A stretch of DNA of 64,000 nucleotides, taken from positions 5,208,001 through 5,272,000 of the forward strand of contig OZ316776.1 in NCBI GenBank assembly GCA_973851085.1. The letters are read 5' to 3'. The notes beneath the pieces were generated by a model, which was not told the origin of the DNA, searched no databases, and worked only from the letters and a program-made list of their open reading frames with translations. Positions 56,701 to 64,000 of this stretch are shown here, one piece after another. Within the stretch, counting starts at the first letter, position 1; every line of letters begins with the position of its first letter. This DNA is from Ptychomitrium polyphyllum. Lineage: Eukaryota. A program made the translations under genes and the position numbers.

Positions 56701-56774
56701 GAGAGTAACTGAGATATGCTGCACGTAAGAGTAGGGTAGAAGGCTGAATTGTACTTGAGCGTTGGGGAAGCCGG

Positions 56775-59216
56775 ATGAGGCTAGGAGGAGTGACCGTGCA
56801 AGTAACTCCGAACGGCAACCTCGGGAGGGGCTTTGGGGAGCTGGGTGGCATGCCCGCAGGAGCGATGGCGCCGCCTCGCCCCATCCCGCCACTGGCCATG
56901 TCCCGTCCCCCACCCAAGCACTACTCCTCTGCTTCTTTATCCCTTGGACCTCCCACAGGATTAGATGGGCAACGAGAAATCAGCCAGACAGCAGAGACAG
57001 AGCAGCAGCAGAAGAACAAGGAGGAGGAGTACGAGTCGCGGTCCGGCAGCGACAACATGGAGGGCGGGTCGGGAGATGACGATCCTGATAACAACCATCC
57101 TCGGAAGAAGCGATACCACCGCCACACTCCACGGCAGATCCAGGAGATGGAGATGCTGTTCAAGGAGTGTCCGCATCCCGATGACAAGCAGCGGCAGCAG
57201 CTGAGCAAGGATCTGGGGCTGGAGCCGCGGCAGGTGAAATTCTGGTTCCAGAACCGGCGCACGCAGATGAAGGCTCAAACAGAGCGCGCGGAGAATTCGA
57301 TGCTGCGGGCGGAGAACGAGAAGCTGCGGTCGGAGAACCTGCTGATGCGCGAGGCGCTGAAGAACCCGCAGTGCCCACATTGCGGCGGGCCTGCGACGGT
57401 GGGCGAGATGTCGTTTGACGAGCAGCAGCTGCGCATTGAGAACGGGCGGCTGAAGGAGGAGCTGGACCGCGTGTCGGCGCTGGCGGCCAAGTATCTGGGG
57501 CGGCCGATCACGCCCATGGCACCGACGCTGGCACTGCCCAGCTCGTCGCTGGACCTGCAGGTCGGGGGCGGGGGCGGGAGCAGCTTTGGGGGCGGGATGC
57601 ACGGGGGCCACGGCGGGGGCAGTCAGCTGGACATGGTGGCCGGGCCGAGCGTGGCAGATGTGGCGACGAGGCCCGGGGGCCTCACGGAGGCGGAGAAGCC
57701 GATGGTGGTGGAGCTGGCGGTGATGGCGATGGAGGAGCTGGTGCGCATGGCGCAGGCGGAAGAGCCGCTGTGGGTGGGCCTGGGCAATGCGGGCGACATT
57801 GGGACGGGCGGGATGAAGGAGCAGCTGAACTATGACGAGTACGTGCGGCAGTTCCCGCGGGGCATTGGGATGCGGCCGCCGGGGCTGAAGACGGAGGCGA
57901 CACGTGAGACGGCGCTGGTGATGATGAACGGCGTGAACCTGGTGGAGATGCTGATGGATGCAACGCAGTGGATGGACATGTTCCCGTGCATGGTGTCGCG
58001 GGCGCTGACAGTGGACGTGCTGTCGACGGGCGTGACGGGCAACCGGAACGGCGCGCTGCAGCTGATGTACGCGGAGCTGCAGGTGCTGTCGCCACTGGTG
58101 CCGACGCGCGAGATCTACTTCCTGCGGTACTGCAAGCAGCACGCGGAGGGGGTGTGGGCCGTGGTGGATGTGTCGGTGGACTCGCTGCGGGACAACCCGC
58201 CGCCGTCGCTGATGCGGTGCCGGCGGCGGCCGTCGGGGGTGCTGATCCAGGACACGCCGAACGGGTATGCGAAGGTGACGTGCGTGGAGCACATGGAGTA
58301 CGACGACCGCGCGGTGCACCGGATGTACCGCGAGCTGGTGAACACGGGGATGGCGTTTGGGGCGCAGCGGTGGTTGGCGACGCTGCAGCGGCAGTGCGAG
58401 CGGCTGGCGAGCCTGCTGGCGAGCAACATTGCGTCGCGGGACCTGGGCGGGGTGCCGAGTGCGTCGGGGCGGCGGAGCATGCTGAAGCTGGCGCAGCGGA
58501 TGACGAACAACTTCTGTGCGGGGGTGAGTGCGTCGACGGTGCACACGTGGACGACGCTGTCGGGGAGCGGCGACGACGACGTGCGGGTGATGACGCGGAA
58601 GAGCGTGGACAACCCGGGGGAGCCGCACGGGATTGTGCTGAGCGCGGCGACGTCGATGTGGCTGCCGGTGTCGCCGGCGCGGGTGTTCCAGTTCCTGCGC
58701 GACGAGCGGCTGCGGTCGGAGTGGGACATCCTGTCAAACGGCGGGATGGTGACGGAGATGGCGCACATTGCCAAGGGGCAGGACCCAGGGAACAGCGTGT
58801 CGCTGCTGCGCGTGAACGCGATGAACGCATCGCAGAGCAACATGCTGATCCTGCAGGAGAGCTGCACGGACGCTTCGGGGTCGCTGGTGATCTATGCGCC
58901 AGTGGACATCCCGGCGATGAACCTGGTGCTGCAGGGCGGCGACCCAGCGTACGTGGCGCTGCTGCCATCGGGGTTTGCAATCCTGCCGGACGGGCCGAGT
59001 GCAGGTCACGGCCACAGCCACGGCGTGGGGGATCAGGGCGGGCAGCTGGCAGAGGGTGGGCGCGGGAGCGGGTCGCTGCTGACGGTGGCGTTCCAGATCC
59101 TGGTGTCGAGCGTCCCGTCGGCGCGGCTGTCGCTGGAGAGCGTGGCGACAGTGAACAACCTGATATCGTGCACAGTGCAGCGGATCAAGGCGGCGCTGCT
59201 GGTGGAGGATGCGTAG
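56775..59216 (+). CDS. HDZIV: Class IV homeodomain-leucine zipper transcription factor (ATML1/PDF2/HDG/GL2 family), 813 aa, single coding exon
   Basis: Homeodomain [30 protein letters not shown]...[20 protein letters not shown]; zipper-loop-zipper with CPHCGG; START domain ([59 protein letters not shown]); SAD domain ([62 protein letters not shown]). One uninterrupted ORF; the true start could be a downstream Met such as 56850. Confidence 0.97.
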   Translation: MRLGGVTVQVTPNGNLGRGFGELGGMPAGAMAPPRPIPPLAMSRPPPKHYSSASLSLGPPTGLDGQREISQTAETEQQQKNKEEEYESRSGSDNMEGGSGDDDPDNNHPRKKRYHRHTPRQIQEMEMLFKECPHPDDKQRQQLSKDLGLEPRQVKFWFQNRRTQMKAQTERAENSMLRAENEKLRSENLLMREALKNPQCPHCGGPATVGEMSFDEQQLRIENGRLKEELDRVSALAAKYLGRPITPMAPTLALPSSSLDLQVGGGGGSSFGGGMHGGHGGGSQLDMVAGPSVADVATRPGGLTEAEKPMVVELAVMAMEELVRMAQAEEPLWVGLGNAGDIGTGGMKEQLNYDEYVRQFPRGIGMRPPGLKTEATRETALVMMNGVNLVEMLMDATQWMDMFPCMVSRALTVDVLSTGVTGNRNGALQLMYAELQVLSPLVPTREIYFLRYCKQHAEGVWAVVDVSVDSLRDNPPPSLMRCRRRPSGVLIQDTPNGYAKVTCVEHMEYDDRAVHRMYRELVNTGMAFGAQRWLATLQRQCERLASLLASNIASRDLGGVPSASGRRSMLKLAQRMTNNFCAGVSASTVHTWTTLSGSGDDDVRVMTRKSVDNPGEPHGIVLSAATSMWLPVSPARVFQFLRDERLRSEWDILSNGGMVTEMAHIAKGQDPGNSVSLLRVNAMNASQSNMLILQESCTDASGSLVIYAPVDIPAMNLVLQGGDPAYVALLPSGFAILPDGPSAGHGHSHGVGDQGGQLAEGGRGSGSLLTVAFQILVSSVPSARLSLESVATVNNLISCTVQRIKAALLVEDA

Positions 59217-62200
59217 TGGATTGGAAGTTTTTGGGGGTTTGTGTTTGGTTTGAGTTTTGTCGTTTCCTTTGGCAGGGGCTTGCTTTCTTTTCCGGTCTAG
59301 CTCCTGTTATGTGCTCTACTGCGATTGTTTGGTAGTTACTTTGATCGCGGAATGATATTTTTCGGATGGTGAGCGTTGCTTGGTGATATTTTGAGGAGCC
59401 TTCAAGATCGTGTGTTATCTCACATTGAGCGTGGTCTTGAGCGCTCCTCAGGAATGAGAAGTATGAGACTATCTTTCTAGGCGCAGGATGTTCGCGTGGG
59501 GTTGGAGGGCGTCTGGACTTAGTTTCTTACTTCATGATAATTGTGCAGTTAAAATTGGGGCGGGTTTTTTTTTTAGCCAACAACAATTCAGTGAAGTTCA
59601 TAGTGTCAAGTTTTACGGATTTGTACAAATGGCGGCATGGTCTAGAAGTCGGGTAGGAAGTGAGTGATGATCGAAGCACTACTCATTGCCCTTTCTACTT
59701 GGTTCACGGTGTAGTCCAGTATGTTAAGGTTACTGAGATCTTGAAGTTTCTCTCATGGTGTTTGAATGCGGGACTGGTGTAGCTTATGGGTTTTAAGCTT
59801 TTGTCACGGTTTTTTTAGCTTGCCGTGATAGTGCTCCTGGTATTCTGTTGACTCTTTGGCTGCGTGTTTTACATTGCGGAGAATGGGTAGTGGTTAGGGT
59901 ACTTAGAGCATCTGCATTCAGCCATTGGACCACCCTTGGCTTTGTTTTGAATGAGAAGTTGATACATTTTAGAGAGTTACAGTTGAAAGGGAGAGGATCC
60001 ATTTTAAATCAAGAGGCTCTTGAGGGCTCCTTTAAATTCCACATGAATCTTAGTTAAGTATATGCTTAAATTGTGGAATTTTATCTTATCTTCACTGGGG
60101 ACCATGCTTTAATTGTGGTGGCACATGGTGATACATATGATTGCTTGTGAGTGATTTACAAGGGGAACTGCCTTTTAAGTCATTGAGTAAAATTACAGAT
60201 CAAGTTATTTTGAGCTGTGAATTTAGATTTCTTTATCTCGACCCCTCTCAAGTTTACTGCATTGAACATTACATCGGCTTCTGTCTTCAGCAGCCCTGGC
60301 GTTTTCGGGCCCTGTAATCAATCTGTAAATGAAATGTATCGAACTTTTCTTGTTTACAGTTTACGATCTTTTGGTACCTTTTGGTACCTCGTATGATTTG
60401 ATTATTTGTGTGGCATGTTTATTTGGTGTTTTGCATTTTAAGACTTCGTGTGTGAAGGACTTTTGCTGTTTGTGGGAACTTCGTATTGCTTTATGTATTT
60501 GGAGTAGTTTTGATTATATGCCTTTATTCTTGGGTGTACTTGTGAGGGATTGTTATTTGGATATATAAGAAGTGATTAACATCCTCTCTTCACTAATATG
60601 CTTCTAATTGAAATCAACTGTTTTCAATCAAGGAAAATGAAGTCAATAATCTAATCAAGCCAATAACTTGAGCAAACTTGCAAGCAGCAAGAACATACAT
60701 TAAAACCTAGTAAAAGGAACCTTATCATCTAGTGCAATAATTTGGTAACCGGACACCGCAGAAACACTAAATGGAAAACATCCTAAGAAACAAATTTTTC
60801 TGTACATCAAATTAGTATCTGAAAACGTCGTAAGAGCTGAAGAAGTATGTAAACAGTCGAACTTTGTGGCAAATCTTCCACCTTCACATCATACAAACAC
60901 ACCAAAAACCATACAGCGTGTTAATCACTTCCTATGTGTTCCCCTCAACCAATGAATATATCGTATACAACACCATTTCATAGAATAAGGAGAGTATGAA
61001 AGCTGTTTTGGAGTGTTTTATAAATTTTTTGGATATTTTTTCAAAATTAGTGTGTTGTGTTCGAAAACAGTAAAGGACACCTTCTGTAGAATGTTGTACA
61101 AGATGAGGTGTTTTGCATGGTCCTCACCTAATACTTCTGCATATTTGGAGAATGTTTAGAAAGGACCAATGTTCCCTTGTTGAACTGGGAGTAAGTCCAA
61201 ATTTTAATTTAATGAAATGTTTAAAGTTTAGTTTTAGGTTTTATAATGAATGTATTTTTTAATATGATTACTATGAAGTTTTGTGAACACAAGTAGAGGT
61301 TTGTTTTCTATTATGAGGATGTAAGAAAATGATGATTTTTTAATATTAAGTAGGGATATTAAATTGCTTATAAATAAATTTAATGTAATACAATTCATCA
61401 CTTAATTTTTTTTCAATTAGTATATGGAGATTGTACATAAATTATAATCACATGGAGATTTTATTTAAGTTCACAAAGTCAAATGGTGTAGGATATTAAG
61501 ATAATAGTATGGAAAAATCTAATACTTTCATGTTGTGCAATAGTCATATTGTATTAAGTGTGTTGTTTTAAAAAATAATAGTGTGTATTAATTATAAAAG
61601 TGACATTCATCCTCCATCATGAAAGTTAGCAATGTTGTGTTTGGTGTCTAAGAATCAAAGATATAATATCATTATGAAATATTGATAATCTTCAATAGAA
61701 ATAATAAAACGTTCTTTTTGTAATTGTAATTTAGCAAAAATAATAGATCATTTGAAGAATTGAAGTATATGTAATATTGATAAACAAAGCATAAATTACT
61801 AAAAAAAATTGTCAAATTATGTCCTATTTTATCAAAATATTAAAATTTTAGTTAAAATTGAACATAATTTAGTGGTCTTCTTAAGTGGTTTATACCATCT
61901 TTTTCACTAATGTAAGGTGACTTAGAAATCAAATGTAAAATATCAATTATGATCAATGCATTAATTTCCTTTTGAGTGGAATATGTGTCTTCAACTAGTA
62001 AATTTTAAATTGCTTATTAAGTAAAACACATACACCTATAAAGACTTGTGATATTTTGACAAGCCAATATCATTTTTGTACATATGCTTTAATGCAACTG
62101 AATGTCAAAATAGATTAATATTGGAATATATTTATGCAAAGTACTTAGACTTCAATAAGTAATACTCAATAATTGTAATCAAAACTTGGGAGTCAAGAAA

Positions 62201-64000
62201 AACTAGCAGTTTGTATTAATGGATAGTTACGGAAAATCTTCCATGCAACATATTTAATAAGAAATGATTTCTTTTCGGTAATCTGTCTTTGGAAACTAAC
62301 CATCGATAATCAATCCTTGATAATTAATAACCAATAAGAATAGAACTTTGAATTTAGATGTATTTTAGTTAGATAAACTATTGTAATAAAGTAGTGCTGT
62401 TTTTAAGGACGATATGTAACAATTTGTAAATTAAAGTCCAGAATTAGTAAATTTCATGTATGCTTTTAGAATCTTAATCAATTTTTTTTTGCATCCTCTC
62501 TCTCTTTGTTTCTAGACCACTAAGTGTGTTAGCAGATGTTTAATTTATGATCAATAGTTCAAGGCTAATTTGAAAGTTGTTTAGTCTACACTAGAAGTTG
62601 GGACTATAATGTAGTTTTTGATTAAGGAGTGTTTAGCGGATCACTGAGTGAACAATGACCAACGGGCTAGGAAATACTCAAAGGAACATTTTTATCCTTT
62701 ACATTTAGTGACCATTACAAGAACAAATCTCTGCTTTTGCTGGATTTGGGTTTTTTTATTGTAGGATCAATAGTTTTCTTAGAGTTCATAATTCCCTTTT
62801 TTTGGTTTATCCACCAATCACCGCTCGGACTCTGCTTGCCTTATAGTCCGCCAATCTTGTTTTTTCTCCATTCATCAGCAACATCTTTTTTTGCCGTCTT
62901 CTTTGTTTCGGACTTTGTTACTTTGTTTGGTAGTTTTTCTCCTCTTGATCAGCTATAATCTTCAAGCTTGGTTCTTTTTTTGGTTGTAAATGTTGAAAAC
63001 AAGGTATTTTGAACAATACCAAATAGATTTGGTAGGACTTTGTTTTAATTGTTGGTTTTTGTAAATTTGTAAGTGTGTGCAGCTAATTTGAGCGCAAATT
63101 TCAAAAACAAGATCGACTCCAATATTGGCATTGCATGCCACTCAAATTTGTGCATAGACAAGTTTTCTCCCTTGGTACACCTTGAAACCCTAATCTCCAC
63201 TATGAGTCATGGAAACATTTGCGCTACTAGACTGCCTGCACCTACGAAGCTTAGTGCTGACCAAATCACTAATTTGCGCTTGAAAGAAACTCTTTGTTAA
63301 CTTCAAACCACTTCTTGAATGCATACACTTGCTGTTTTGTCAGTCCATAGATTCTTCTCGAAGAGCTGATGATAATCACACCCTAACCTCCTATTATAAA
63401 TCATTTATGCATTTTGCTTTGACACAACATAGGTTCACTATTAGTGTTCCTTCAGCTGTCTCATAAGATCTTTTACTAGGCAAATAACCGTGTTGCCGCC
63501 TTGCATTTACTTTTACGTTGCTTAATTTCAACTGTCTGACTGGTCAAACTTTTTTTCCACCTGGACATACGAGCCACTTGTAACTAGACCTGCTAATTTG
63601 ACTGGTTACCATGTTTAAGACATTTTTTGACTTTTTCAAGTTGACCACTAAATCTGCAAGTTGGACAATCCAACCATTGAATCCTTACTCTCCTAATTTC
63701 GACCAAGATGTCTAATTCTATCTTCCAACAGCCCACCAAGTGTATTCCAACATCGTTTACTGAATGTTTGGCCCCAACTCTCTTCAAGTTGACTGATATA
63801 ACTATCAATATGATATTGCCATATTATCTTGCAATTATTGTTTCTAATGATAAGCTACTTTGCCTCGCCAGAGACTATCCATGAAGCTCAGATTGCATAG
63901 TATCACTTTTGGCCGCTACTACCCGAGTCCGACCGACCATCTACAAACATATCTTAGACTAGCTTATTTGGCCATCCTATCAGTCCTTATCAATGCTCTT

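Noticed and set aside
56961..59335. Long overlapping ORFs (555 aa and 432 aa on -, 455 aa on + alternative frame)
   Set aside because: Shadow ORFs caused by the extreme GC3 of the HD-ZIP IV gene; low-complexity Arg/Pro/Ala/His products with no domains.
59600..59665. Possible conserved HD-ZIP IV 3'UTR element (gtcaag ... tcgggta)
   Set aside because: Only 6-7 nt matches to the seed-plant motif as I recall it; not enough support.
62740..64000. GC-richer segment with short ORFs at the window end
   Set aside because: Multiple stops in the frames I read and no identifiable motif; probably a decayed transposon or pseudogene, but I cannot assign it.
1..64000. CRISPR arrays, rRNA/tRNA genes, prokaryotic operons or defence systems
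   Set aside because: None seen; the window is intron-containing plant nuclear DNA and its tandem repeats are simple two-copy duplications without spacers.

Overview
Eukaryotic plant nuclear DNA, most likely a moss (inferred from the character of the proteins, spliceosomal GT-AG introns and very AT-rich decayed retrotransposons). Four protein-coding genes are supported: (1) the 3' part of an LRL-type bHLH transcription factor gene (+, exons 1085-2957, 5' end outside the window); (2) a complete 13-exon chloroplast translation initiation factor IF-2 gene (+, 5135-11958, 1097 aa, all 12 introns phase 0); (3) a 132-aa gene I cannot assign to any family (-, 17438-17836); (4) an intronless, extremely GC3-rich class IV HD-ZIP gene (+, 56775-59216, 813 aa). 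Between them are a solo LTR with an intact 5-bp target-site duplication (14576-15121), a receptor-like kinase pseudogene fragment (~15.9-16.4 kb), a ~10-kb nest of decayed Ty3/gypsy elements (22.3-32 kb, including a chromovirus integrase-chromodomain) and a ~22-kb AT-rich gene desert upstream of the HD-ZIP IV gene. I found no convincing novel multi-gene system. The best leads are the orphan gene with a possible uORF abutting its start codon and the retrogene-like HD-ZIP IV gene. All coordinates and alignments were read by eye; no searches were run.
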